Assembly (NCBI GenBank): GCA_028276785.1
Contig: JAPYVP010000002.1
Location: 1 to 32,000, forward strand
Direction of reading: 5' to 3'
Length of the DNA: 32,000 nt
DNA from: Candidatus Nanopusillus sp.
GTDB taxonomy: Archaea; Nanobdellota; Nanobdellia; Nanobdellales; Nanobdellaceae
In this document: one piece after another, positions 9,316 to 17,781 of the stretch
Layout: every line of letters starts with the position of its first letter
Numbering within the stretch: the first letter of the stretch is position 1
Position numbers and translations under genes: made by a program
The notes under the pieces: generated by a model
What the model was told of the DNA's origin: nothing
The model's input: the letters and a program-made list of their open reading frames with translations, nothing else
Database searches by the model: none

Positions 9316-9932
9316 TTTATTATCTCTCTAAATTTTTCTTTTAATATATCACCCAAAGCTATGCCTATTGCAATTGAAATAGAAATAACAATTCCACCAA
9401 AGAGTATTATAAACATATAGAGAAGAACTGGAGATAGAATATTTAAATAGCTAAGCGTTAATACTAATATAAAGAATAATACAATAAATCTTATTGAACC
9501 TAATATAAAGTTTACATATTTAAAATTTTGGATTGCTGGATATAGAAAAGATCTCAACATAAATTCAGACATTGCATATGAAATTATCATTACTATTATT
9601 ATTATCAATAAGTTATTTAATATTTCAAAAATTAATATTCCTATATTACTAAAATATGAAATTACATAGAATGATAACCCCACAAAATAAAAATATATGA
9701 AAAATTTGGTTATATTTACTATTAAATCTGTAAAGGAATATGTTGTCATTATCCGTTTATCATGTAACCATTTATCAAGACCAAGGATGTTTTTTAGTAT
9801 TATTTTGAGTATTAAAGCTACAAGTTTTCCTACAAAGTAACCTATTAATACAATAGAAATAAAAATCAACATTGCCTTTAATGTATTATAACTAAATACT
9901 TGAGGTATAAGATTAATCATATTTTCCAGCAT
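9312..9932 (-). CDS. Membrane protein with 'conserved TM helix'-like segments (as in MscS-family N-termini)
   Basis: The protein is 206 aa. The segment 'LIFISIVLIGYFVGKLVALILKIILKNILGLDKWL' resembles the repeated TM-helix motif found N-terminal to small-conductance mechanosensitive channels. No channel domain is present. It overlaps the downstream gene by 4 nt. Confidence 0.35.
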   Translation of the reverse strand: MLENMINLIPQVFSYNTLKAMLIFISIVLIGYFVGKLVALILKIILKNILGLDKWLHDKRIMTTYSFTDLIVNITKFFIYFYFVGLSFYVISYFSNIGILIFEILNNLLIIIIVMIISYAMSEFMLRSFLYPAIQNFKYVNFILGSIRFIVLFFILVLTLSYLNILSPVLLYMFIILFGGIVISISIAIGIALGDILKEKFREIIK

Positions 9933-10109
9933 AATATTATCTAAAAAAGTGATAATTTATAAATACATAGTCTCACTAAAGTTAATGTAACTTATGGGTA
10001 ATAAGACATTTTTATCTTTAAAAAGATTCTTAAAATATTTTTATATTAAGAGATTTTTATAAATTTTCTAAAAACTAAAAATTCTGTTCTAGATTATTTC
10101 AATTGAAAA

Positions 10110-10182
10110 TAGCCCCGCGGGGATTCGAACCCCGGTCTCAGGGACCAAAACCCTGAATCCTAGACCACTAGACGACGGGGCT
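10110..10182 (-). tRNA. tRNA-Gln(UUG): tRNA-Gln (anticodon UUG)
   Basis: The reverse complement is AGCCCCGTCGTCTAGTGGTCTAGGATTCAGGGTTTTGGTCCCTGAGACCGGGGTTCGAATCCCCGCGGGGCTA. It folds as a cloverleaf with acceptor AGCCCCG/CGGGGCT, anticodon stem CAGGG/CCCTG and loop TTTTGGT. It has no intron and no encoded CCA. Confidence 0.92.
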
Positions 10183-10237
10183 ATATAGCATATCATATTC
10201 TTTAAATTTAATAATATTTTTATTAAACAATCTTATT

Positions 10238-11254
10238 ATGAATGATGTTGAAATGCTTAATTTTTTTAAATTAAAAGATAATCCTTTTAAATTAGAGGTA
10301 ATTTTAGAAACTTTTGTTGGATATAATTTAGAAAGAACAAAATTATTAAATTCAATAAACAATAAAGAAAAAATTGTTTTAGTTTCTGGCCCTACTGGAG
10401 CAGGAAAAACAACATTACTATTATGGATATATAATAATCTTAAAACAAGGAATAAAATATATATTTACAGGCCTTTTAAAAAAAGAGAAGAATTTGAAAA
10501 GTATTTCATTGACAGATTATCCTTTTTTGAAAGAATAATATATAAATTTAAGAAATTCAATATAATAGAATATTTAAATAAGAAAAACTTGATAATATTT
10601 TTAGATGAAGCTACATTTTGTGATGATGATATTTTAGAATGGATAAAAATTATATCTGATCAAACAAATTGTACATTTATATTGGCAGGATTGCCGGAAT
10701 TTGAAGAGAGATTGTTAAAAGAACATAGAACATTATATGAAAGAATTATCACAAAGATATATTTAAAATCTCTTGATCCTGAAAGTGGTAAATTACTAAT
10801 TAAGAAAAGATTAGAACTTGCGGGTAATCCAAATTTATTTACAGAAGATGCGATAGAAGAAATATACAATTTATCTGGGGGTTTACCAAGAGAAATACTA
10901 AAATATTCATATGAAGCTTTATTAATTGCATATAGAGAAAGAAAAAACATTATTGACAGAGATATCGTAGAAAAAATTTATGAAGCAAAGAAACCCCCAA
11001 CAGATTTATTAAAATTAACAGAAAAACAAAGATATATAGTAGAATTAATAACAAAATACGGTCCAAAAACAGTTAATGAGCTACTAAAGTTATTTAGAGA
11101 AAGATATTCTGATACAACAATTCATGCAATATCAAATATATTAAAGAGGATGACTGAAAGTAAAATATTAGTTAGAACAAAAGTAAAGGGTAAATTTATA
11201 TATGATGTAGTGCCAGCAATAAAAGATTATTTCATAAGAGAAATAAATAAATGA
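10238..11254 (+). CDS. AAA+ ATPase (AAA_22/ExeA-like core) fused to a C-terminal winged-helix domain; possibly a very divergent Orc1/Cdc6-type protein
   Basis: It has Walker A 'GPTGAGKTT' and Walker B 'LIIFLDEA'. It also has 'ILAGLPEFEERL' and 'LSGGLPREI', which resemble the ExeA-like 'vGqPeL' and 'sgGiPR' motifs. The C-terminus 'LTEKQRYIVELITKYGPKTVNELLKLF…ILKRMTESKILVR' is wHTH-like. Confidence 0.6.
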   Translation: MNDVEMLNFFKLKDNPFKLEVILETFVGYNLERTKLLNSINNKEKIVLVSGPTGAGKTTLLLWIYNNLKTRNKIYIYRPFKKREEFEKYFIDRLSFFERIIYKFKKFNIIEYLNKKNLIIFLDEATFCDDDILEWIKIISDQTNCTFILAGLPEFEERLLKEHRTLYERIITKIYLKSLDPESGKLLIKKRLELAGNPNLFTEDAIEEIYNLSGGLPREILKYSYEALLIAYRERKNIIDRDIVEKIYEAKKPPTDLLKLTEKQRYIVELITKYGPKTVNELLKLFRERYSDTTIHAISNILKRMTESKILVRTKVKGKFIYDVVPAIKDYFIREINK

Positions 11255-12174
11255 AATGTAGTTTTTGCAATAATAATGCAATATACAAAGATACTGATGG
11301 AAATTATTATTGTAAGGATCATTTTATAAAATATTTTGAAGAAAAAACAATAAATACAATAGAAAAATATAAATTAATAAAATCTGGAGAAAGAATTGGT
11401 GTTGGGGTTTCTGGAGGAAAAGATTCAAATGCTTTATTATTTTTCTTAAATAAATATAAAGATTATTTTGACGTTGAAGTTTTTGGAATTCATATTGACG
11501 AAGGAATAAGGGGTTATAGGGATAAAGATACAGAAAAGTTATTAGAAATTGCAAAAAGATATAATTTAAATATAAGAATATATAGATTTATCGACTTCTT
11601 TAATATTAGGTTAGATGAAGCGGTAAAAATATCTAAAGAATATAAATCATGCACAATTTGTGGTGTATGGAGAAGATGGTTGATGTGGAAAGCTGCAAAA
11701 GATTTAAATTTAGATAAATTTGCAACTGCACATAATTTAAATGATGAGGTTCAAACAATCTTAATGAATATTTTTGAAGGAAATTTAAAAGATTTATTAA
11801 AAGAAGGTCCATATGTGGGAATAATTGAAGAAGATTTTATTCCTAGAATTAAACCTTTTTATTTTAATACAGAAAAAGAAAATTTATTATATTCAATATT
11901 AAATAACTTAGAACCACCTTTCGGAGAATGTCCATTTATTGCTGGCGAATTTAGAGATATAATTAGATCAAAATTATATAAGTTAGAAGATAAATATCCT
12001 GGATTTCATAAGAATTTCTTAAGAAATATTTTAGAGATTATATATAAAGCTAAAAACGATTATAAGATGAAAAATGTCTTAAAATTGAGAAAATGTAAAA
12101 TTTGTGGATATCCAACTACTAGAGAAGTATGTAGGGCATGCGAAATAAAATTAAAAATAAATAATATTTTATAG
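11251..12174 (+). CDS. PP-loop ATPase, TtuA/NcsA (Ncs6/Ctu1)-family tRNA 2-thiolation enzyme
   Basis: It has the PP-loop 'GVSGGKDS'. It has an N-terminal Zn-finger 'CSFCNN…YYCKDH' and a C-terminal one 'CKICGY…CRAC'. The candidate Fe-S ligands are 'CTIC' plus 'GECPF'. An ATGA overlap joins it to the upstream ATPase gene. Confidence 0.8.
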   Translation: MKCSFCNNNAIYKDTDGNYYCKDHFIKYFEEKTINTIEKYKLIKSGERIGVGVSGGKDSNALLFFLNKYKDYFDVEVFGIHIDEGIRGYRDKDTEKLLEIAKRYNLNIRIYRFIDFFNIRLDEAVKISKEYKSCTICGVWRRWLMWKAAKDLNLDKFATAHNLNDEVQTILMNIFEGNLKDLLKEGPYVGIIEEDFIPRIKPFYFNTEKENLLYSILNNLEPPFGECPFIAGEFRDIIRSKLYKLEDKYPGFHKNFLRNILEIIYKAKNDYKMKNVLKLRKCKICGYPTTREVCRACEIKLKINNIL

Positions 12175-12228
12175 TTATTTTATAATGAGTACGATTATAG
12201 AAATATTTAAAAACTTTTAATTCTTATT

Positions 12229-13485
12229 ATGTCTATGGGTAATTATATATCTTGCTTAAATGAAAGAAATTATTACGATTATTTTCAATGTATTAGGAAG
12301 TATATAAATCCACCATTTGAAAGTGCTTCGTATTTTATAAGAAGGAAATCAAGAACTGAAGCAATACAAAAGAATTTGATATTCCCCACAATATACGGAT
12401 ATACACTATCAAGAAATTATACTTTCTCCGAAGATTTACACCTTATAGTATCATTAAGAAAATGGAATGGAGAAGATGTAAAATATATTATAGATATTGG
12501 AAAAGGAAGAAGAGATATATATCTCGACGAATTTTCTAGAACAAAAACCCCAGAATCAATTTTATTAATAAATTTAGATAACAATAATGATCTTAAAAAA
12601 TTGATAGAAGCTAGGGCATACTATTTTACAACAAGAAAAGATATAGAAAAATTATTTAAGAGAGTATGTAGAAAACTTGATAATGTTTTTTATGTCCCTT
12701 TATCTCTGTCACTTATACCATTAACTAACAATTCCAAATACTTTCCAAAAATATATTATATAAGCAGACCTTATACCATAGAAATTCCTTATGTATATGA
12801 GATAATATATAAAAGTTCTGGTATTACTAAAAAACCAATAGAGATATTTAATAAGGATTTGAACTTTCTTTCAATTATAGATTTTGAAGAACATCCCACA
12901 ATAGAACCTTATTTGTTGGGATTAAATTACGATTTTGAATTAGATCGAAGAAATCTAGATAAATTTGAAATACAAATAAATTATGACGAGTTAGAGCATA
13001 GATTTTATAACTCTATAACAAAAACATTAGAAACAATTTCAATTTCGAAGATTTCTCCAGAAGATATAGGCCCATACCAAATTGTAATAGATAACAATGG
13101 CAATATTAGATTTATAGATTTTGCATCTGGACTTAAAATACCAACAAATCAAAAAGGGTTAGAAAAAATTATAATAGAAGCCATTAAAGATATTATAGTA
13201 GGAATTAAAGAGTCTCCACTACTAAAACATTGTATAAAGGTCGGAAATACTGTAGTTTGTAATGAAAAAATAATAAATCCTAACTTTCGCAAGATGCTAG
13301 TATATGATATAGAAAAACAATTAGAAGACTATGGTAATAAACTTAGCAAACCAATTAGAAACATTAAGATTGGCGACAGTAGATTATCAGATATTATCTA
13401 TCAACATGGAAAAGACGAATTTGAAGAAAATAGTAAAATTATATCTAGAGTTTTAGAACTATACTTAAAAAGCTATAATAATTAA
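12229..13485 (+). CDS. Hypothetical protein (418 aa); weak protein-kinase-like motifs
   Basis: It is a long uninterrupted ORF with normal composition. 'IIDIGKGRRDIYLDEF' is Gly-loop-like and 'PEDIGPYQIVIDNNGNIRFIDFASG' resembles a catalytic-loop/DFG pair of RIO/Bud32-type kinases. The assignment is tentative. Confidence 0.5.
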   Translation: MSMGNYISCLNERNYYDYFQCIRKYINPPFESASYFIRRKSRTEAIQKNLIFPTIYGYTLSRNYTFSEDLHLIVSLRKWNGEDVKYIIDIGKGRRDIYLDEFSRTKTPESILLINLDNNNDLKKLIEARAYYFTTRKDIEKLFKRVCRKLDNVFYVPLSLSLIPLTNNSKYFPKIYYISRPYTIEIPYVYEIIYKSSGITKKPIEIFNKDLNFLSIIDFEEHPTIEPYLLGLNYDFELDRRNLDKFEIQINYDELEHRFYNSITKTLETISISKISPEDIGPYQIVIDNNGNIRFIDFASGLKIPTNQKGLEKIIIEAIKDIIVGIKESPLLKHCIKVGNTVVCNEKIINPNFRKMLVYDIEKQLEDYGNKLSKPIRNIKIGDSRLSDIIYQHGKDEFEENSKIISRVLELYLKSYNN

Positions 13486-13517
13486 TTATTTTTAAATTTT
13501 TACACAATTCAAAAAAT

Positions 13518-13934
13518 ATGAATAATGTAGACATAACCAAAGAATTCTTATATACACTTTTACTATTGTTTTCTATAGAAACACTCTTAAACCTCATATC
13601 ATTTATTATATATCCGTCAATTTTTCCAGATTATATTAATATTTCGGTTAAAATTCTCTTATTTATAGTTTTCTTATTATCAATACTTTCTATTTATTTG
13701 ATAAGAAAAGATAATTTATACGGTTATATGATTTCATTATTTATATCAATATTAATTTTGTTTTCAGCTTTTACATTAAATTCCGATAATATAATAAGTA
13801 TAGCTGTAAGGAATGTAGCATCTAATTATGGTATATATCCAAACCCAATAATATTATTTTTTGGTATTTCAATATTTTTAATAAGTATAAGAAAAATAAT
13901 TCAATTAAGAAAAATTAAAATTTCTTCAACTTAG
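13518..13934 (+). CDS. Small membrane protein (138 aa, ~4 TM)
   Basis: The sequence has four hydrophobic segments and no recognisable family. Its 3' end overlaps the convergent rpoN 3' end by 20 nt. Confidence 0.5.
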   Translation: MNNVDITKEFLYTLLLLFSIETLLNLISFIIYPSIFPDYINISVKILLFIVFLLSILSIYLIRKDNLYGYMISLFISILILFSAFTLNSDNIISIAVRNVASNYGIYPNPIILFFGISIFLISIRKIIQLRKIKISST

Positions 13935-14112
13935 CAATTACTTCTATTTGTTGAACATGTCCAAGAAATACTTGTCTACAACAAGCTCTCTCCAATCCCA
14001 ATTCATCTAGAGCTTCTTTCATTGTTTTACCCTCATTTAGTAATTTAATATATTTTTCATATAGATGCCCAATGGGTTTTCCACATGTAAAACATCTTAT
14101 AGGTATTATCAT
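13915..14112 (-). CDS. rpoN: DNA-directed RNA polymerase subunit N (Rpb10 homologue)
   Basis: The sequence '[21 protein letters not shown]…[13 protein letters not shown]' is the canonical Rpo10/RpoN sequence with the CxxC…CC zinc motif. The protein is 65 aa. Confidence 0.95.
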   Translation of the reverse strand: MIIPIRCFTCGKPIGHLYEKYIKLLNEGKTMKEALDELGLERACCRQVFLGHVQQIEVIAKLKKF

Positions 14113-14144
14113 AGTATTTAAAATTTTACGACATTTTTATAAAT

Positions 14145-15347
14145 CTATGCATTTGCAACTATTTGAATTACATCTCTATGTTTTAATATATAATCCTTTC
14201 CTAAGAATCTTCTTGTCCTAACGTCTATAGCTCTAACAAAATTTTTTGCTAAATCTGAATGAATTTTATTTGCAAAATCTAGTACAGTACTTCCAGGAGG
14301 CATTAAAAAACAATCTGGCAAGATCCTTCCTTCTTTATCTGCTAAAGAATCTACACCCCCGGGAAATACTGCTACATATTTTAAAACATCAAATACGGTT
14401 ATATCTAAGATATTTTGAACACCAGTACTTCCAAATTCTTTAAATATATAATTTTCAACAAATTCTAAAGCTTTCTTTTCTTTATCATTTAGATCACCTT
14501 TAATTTCAAAATAACCTTCTCCGGGTATATAAAATATTTTTCCCTGTCTGTCCAATTCTTTTAATATTAATTCTGCATAACCAGATGTTGGTATTATAAT
14601 TTTATCCGGATATTCTTTCTTTAATCTTTCCAAATTTTTCTTTGCAATATCTATATTTATATCTATCCTATTTGCTGCAATAACAATTGGTTTTGATATT
14701 CTTCTAATTTTAGATGCAAGTTCAAATAGTTTTTTATCATCATTTATTATATCATAATCCTCTTGGCCGATTTTTAATTCATTAAATGCTTTTGATACAT
14801 GTTCTTCTTTAACATTTAATCCAGAAATTAATTTCGCTAATTCTTTATCCAATTCCAAATGTTCATTCTTTATTTTTCTTATATTCTTTTCTAAATTTTT
14901 CTTTATTACACTATAAAACCACCAATCTATTTCTTCTTCATACCATTTTACATCTTTTATTGGATCATAATTTCCAGGACCAATATACTGTCCCTCTTCA
15001 TTTGTTGAACCAGAAATATCTATTACATGTATCAAAGCATCTGCCTGTCTTACATCATCTAAAAATTTATTACCCAAACCTCTACCTTCATGTGCACCAG
15101 GAACCAATCCAGCTATATCCAATATTTCTATTGGAACAAATCTATACTTTCCTTTTATAAAACCATATCTTGGATTTGATTTAACATTAAATTCTGGTCC
15201 AACATCTTCTACTCTAACATATCCATAACCTTTATTTGGTTCTATCGTAGTAAATGGATAATTTGCAATTGCAACATCTTGTAATGTTATTGCTTTAAAC
15301 ATAGTAGACTTTCCAACATTTGGTTTTCCAGTAATACCTATTTGCAT
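14145..15347 (-). CDS. ychF: OBG-family GTPase/ATPase, YchF/Ola1-like, with C-terminal TGS-like domain
   Basis: It has G1 'GKPNVGKST', G2 'PFTTIEPN' and G3 'DIAGLV'. It also has a helical insert and a C-terminal 'GSTVLDFANKIHSDLAKNFVRAIDV…DVIQI' region that is TGS-like. Confidence 0.8.
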   Translation of the reverse strand: MQIGITGKPNVGKSTMFKAITLQDVAIANYPFTTIEPNKGYGYVRVEDVGPEFNVKSNPRYGFIKGKYRFVPIEILDIAGLVPGAHEGRGLGNKFLDDVRQADALIHVIDISGSTNEEGQYIGPGNYDPIKDVKWYEEEIDWWFYSVIKKNLEKNIRKIKNEHLELDKELAKLISGLNVKEEHVSKAFNELKIGQEDYDIINDDKKLFELASKIRRISKPIVIAANRIDINIDIAKKNLERLKKEYPDKIIIPTSGYAELILKELDRQGKIFYIPGEGYFEIKGDLNDKEKKALEFVENYIFKEFGSTGVQNILDITVFDVLKYVAVFPGGVDSLADKEGRILPDCFLMPPGSTVLDFANKIHSDLAKNFVRAIDVRTRRFLGKDYILKHRDVIQIVANA

Positions 15348-15397
15348 TATAATTTAATGGTAACTATGTTTAAAAATTGGAATCATTTATTCATAAG

Positions 15398-15472
15398 TAG
15401 CGGGGGGAGGATTTGAACCTCCGACCTGGGGGTTATGAGCCCCCCGGGCACTCCTGGCTGCCCTACCCCGCT
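15398..15472 (-). tRNA. tRNA-iMet(CAU): Initiator tRNA-Met (anticodon CAU)
   Basis: The reverse complement is AGCGGGGTAGGGCAGCCAGGAGTGCCCGGGGGGCTCATAACCCCCAGGTCGGAGGTTCAAATCCTCCCCCCGCTA. The A1:U72 pair and the G-C stack closing the anticodon stem (GGGGG/CCCCC) are archaeal initiator features. Confidence 0.9.
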
Positions 15473-15509
15473 ATATTAAATAAATAATTATCAAAAAATA
15501 TAAAAAAGA

Positions 15510-15800
15510 TTATTGTTTCTTAACAAGTACAATTTCTATACTTGATATCCTTCTCTTTTTACCACTTTGATCTACCTGCCTTTCTTCAGAATCTATGCTT
15601 ATGCTTTTTATATCAACTTGTCCTGCCATAAATTTCTTCCTTACCACTTCTGCTACATCTACTGCTCTAGATATATATCTTCCCCTTGCCTTTATTACAA
15701 CTTCCTTTGCATCCTGGCTTGTAAATTGCATTGCTACTGCCGTTACATAGTTCATAAATGGTTTATTTCCTATATATATTATTGTTTGTTCTGCCATCAT
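15510..15800 (-). CDS. albA: Alba (Sac10b family) DNA/RNA-binding chromatin protein
   Basis: The sequence 'IIYIGNKPFMNYVTAVAMQF…VVIKARGRYISRAVDVAEVVRKKF' is a typical Alba sequence of 96 aa. It overlaps the eS17 stop by 4 nt. Confidence 0.92.
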   Translation of the reverse strand: MMAEQTIIYIGNKPFMNYVTAVAMQFTSQDAKEVVIKARGRYISRAVDVAEVVRKKFMAGQVDIKSISIDSEERQVDQSGKKRRISSIEIVLVKKQ

Positions 15801-15991
15801 GAGCTTTGTAATTTTTTAATTTGCCTTGTTATATATCCAGCCAACATATTTCTTAATCTTTTTGATGGAATTTCAGCTACAACTTCCAATATCTTTACAT
15901 TCTTTTTATAATCTGTAGTAAATAAATTCAGATATTTTTCTAATATTTTGTTTGATTCTCTTCTAAATTTACCATGAAGAATTCTACCCAT
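15797..15991 (-). CDS. rps17e: 30S ribosomal protein eS17 (S17e)
   Basis: The sequence 'MGRILHGKFRRESNKILEKY…VAEIPSKRLRNMLAGYITRQIKK' matches the eS17 pattern (MGR…IPSKKLRNKIAGY). Confidence 0.9.
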   Translation of the reverse strand: MGRILHGKFRRESNKILEKYLNLFTTDYKKNVKILEVVAEIPSKRLRNMLAGYITRQIKKLQSS

Positions 15992-16043
15992 ATTTTTTAT
16001 TATTAAGAATTAAATTTATAAAGAGATAGTAAACTATAGTAAA

Positions 16044-16559
16044 ATGAAAGCTGGAAAGCAACCTCCAGAAGATATAAATGTATTCATAGAGATACCAAAA
16101 GGTAGCAATATAAAATATGAGTTCGATGAAGAAGAAAAAGTGATAAAGGTAGATAGAATATTATATACTGCAATGTTCTATCCGTTCAATTATGGATTTA
16201 TACCAGAAACTTTAGAAGAAGATGGAGACCCATTAGATGCTTTAGTTATTACATATGATTCATTTATTCCTGGAGTATTAATAAGAGTAAGACCTATTGG
16301 TGTATTAATAACAGAAGATGAAGAAGGAATTGATAGAAAAATAATTGCAGTACCACATGAAAAAATAGATCCTAGATTTTCAAATATAAAAGATATAAAA
16401 GATTTACCAGAGGCAATATTAAATCAAATAAAACATTTCTATGAGCATTATAAAGAACTAGAACCTGGAAAGTTTGTTAAAGTTAAAGAATTTAAAGGAA
16501 AGGAAGATGCTTTAAAGATAATTAAAGAGGCAATAGATAGATTTAAAAATAAAAAATAA
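16044..16559 (+). CDS. ppa: Inorganic pyrophosphatase (family I)
   Basis: It has '[19 protein letters not shown]', '[23 protein letters not shown]' and 'DRKIIAVP'. The protein is 171 aa. Confidence 0.95.
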   Translation: MKAGKQPPEDINVFIEIPKGSNIKYEFDEEEKVIKVDRILYTAMFYPFNYGFIPETLEEDGDPLDALVITYDSFIPGVLIRVRPIGVLITEDEEGIDRKIIAVPHEKIDPRFSNIKDIKDLPEAILNQIKHFYEHYKELEPGKFVKVKEFKGKEDALKIIKEAIDRFKNKK

Positions 16560-16572
16560 TAAATATTTTTTA

Positions 16573-16621
16573 GTGAAGAAGCATTACGCTTCTGAAAGAT
16601 GATGAAAAAATATTCTTCTGA
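16573..16621 (+). ncRNA. Candidate C/D-box sRNA in the ppa–nop2/sun intergenic spacer
   Basis: The layout is C box GTGAAGA (16573-16579, one deviation from RUGAUGA), a 12-nt guide agcattacgctt, D' CTGA (16592-16595), aag, C' ATGATGA (16599-16605), a 12-nt guide aaaaatattctt and D CTGA (16618-16621). Confidence 0.6.
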
Positions 16622-17691
16622 TGATAATTAAGAAGAGTTTTGAAGAGCATTTTAAAGAATTGCTGGGTGATAAATATGAATTATTTTTAGAATGGTCTTT
16701 TAAATTATTAAAGAAATCTATAAGGATTAATACAATCAAGGTAAGAGACAATATAAATTTTGAAAATTTAAAAGATATATTATTATCAAAGCAAGATCAT
16801 TTAAGAGAAAAAGAATTAAAAGAAATATCTGAAAAAATTGATAATTTGTATAATTTAAAGCAAAATCCTTTTAACTTAAATATAAATGCAAAAGATGTAT
16901 TGTCAAGAATAAAAGAATATGGATGGGAAATTGAAAAGATACCTTTCTATAAGTATGGGTTTTGGTTAAAGGGAGAAAGGAGGGATGTTGGAAATACTGT
17001 AGAATTTCAATTAGGATATTATTATCCACAAGAAGCTGCATCAATGATACCACCATTAGCATTAGATTTAAAAAATGATGATCTGGTTTTGGATATGGCA
17101 GCTGCACCCGGTTCTAAAACAACACAAATTGCAATGCATATGGAAAATGAAGGATTGATAATTGCAAATGATATATCAATTGATAGGATTAAAGCATTAA
17201 GTGAAAATTTACAAAAAATGGGTGTAATAAATACAATTATAACAATGATGGATGGAAGAAAATTATATAAATTAAATTTAAAATTTGATAAAATTTTACT
17301 AGATACACCATGTTCTGGAACTGGAGCAATAAGAAAATCATATAAAACATTAAAGATATGGAATGAAGATGTAATAAATAGGTTATCAAATTTACAGAAA
17401 AAATTATTATTGACTGCTTTTGATTTATTAAAGGATAATGGCATTTTAGTTTATTCCACATGTTCTGTTGAACCATTAGAAAATGAATTTGTAGTAGATT
17501 ATTTATTATCTAAAAGAGAGAATGCTAAAATTGAAAAAATAGAAATACCAAATTTAAAGAAATCTGAGATAATTTCTGAATATAATGGATATAAATTGGA
17601 ACATGAAGAAGAAATAAAAAATACAATAAGATTATGGCCTTGGGATAATGATACAGAAGGTTTTTACATTGCAAAAATAAGAAAAATTTAA
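16621..17691 (+). CDS. NOL1/NOP2/Sun-family RNA (cytosine-C5) methyltransferase
   Basis: It has the SAM motif 'VLDMAAAPGSKTTQIA'. The catalytic Cys motifs are 'LLDTPCSGTG' and 'LVYSTCS'. The N-terminus has 'SIRINTIK'. Confidence 0.9.
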   Translation: MIIKKSFEEHFKELLGDKYELFLEWSFKLLKKSIRINTIKVRDNINFENLKDILLSKQDHLREKELKEISEKIDNLYNLKQNPFNLNINAKDVLSRIKEYGWEIEKIPFYKYGFWLKGERRDVGNTVEFQLGYYYPQEAASMIPPLALDLKNDDLVLDMAAAPGSKTTQIAMHMENEGLIIANDISIDRIKALSENLQKMGVINTIITMMDGRKLYKLNLKFDKILLDTPCSGTGAIRKSYKTLKIWNEDVINRLSNLQKKLLLTAFDLLKDNGILVYSTCSVEPLENEFVVDYLLSKRENAKIEKIEIPNLKKSEIISEYNGYKLEHEEEIKNTIRLWPWDNDTEGFYIAKIRKI

Positions 17692-17706
17692 TTAAAAAAT
17701 TTCAAG

Positions 17707-17781
17707 TGCCCCCGAGGGGATTCGAACCCCCGATCTCCAGGACCGAAGCCCGGAATGTTGTCCTGGCTACACTACGGGGGC
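17707..17781 (-). tRNA. tRNA-Arg(UCG): tRNA-Arg (anticodon UCG)
   Basis: The reverse complement is GCCCCCGTAGTGTAGCCAGGACAACATTCCGGGCTTCGGTCCTGGAGATCGGGGGTTCGAATCCCCTCGGGGGCA. It has acceptor GCCCCCG/CGGGGGC and anticodon loop CTTCGGT, with no intron. Confidence 0.9.

Noticed and set aside
9933-10237. Possible replication origin in the AT-rich intergenic region next to the Orc1/Cdc6-like AAA+/wHTH gene.
   Set aside because: I found no ORB or mini-ORB-type repeated elements and no G-string-flanked inverted repeats. There are only short AT-only words such as 'agatt'. The region is adequately explained by tRNA-Gln plus divergent promoters, including a palindromic TTTAAATTTAA about 30 nt from both starts.
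10168-10362. ORFs overlapping tRNA genes: 10168-10362 (-) over tRNA-Gln, and 19329-19511 and 19337-19612 (+) over tRNA-Leu(CAG).
   Set aside because: Their 'coding' starts or ends are made of tRNA sequence. The remainder is antisense to the AAA ATPase 5' region or to adkA. The tRNA cloverleaves explain the sequence fully.
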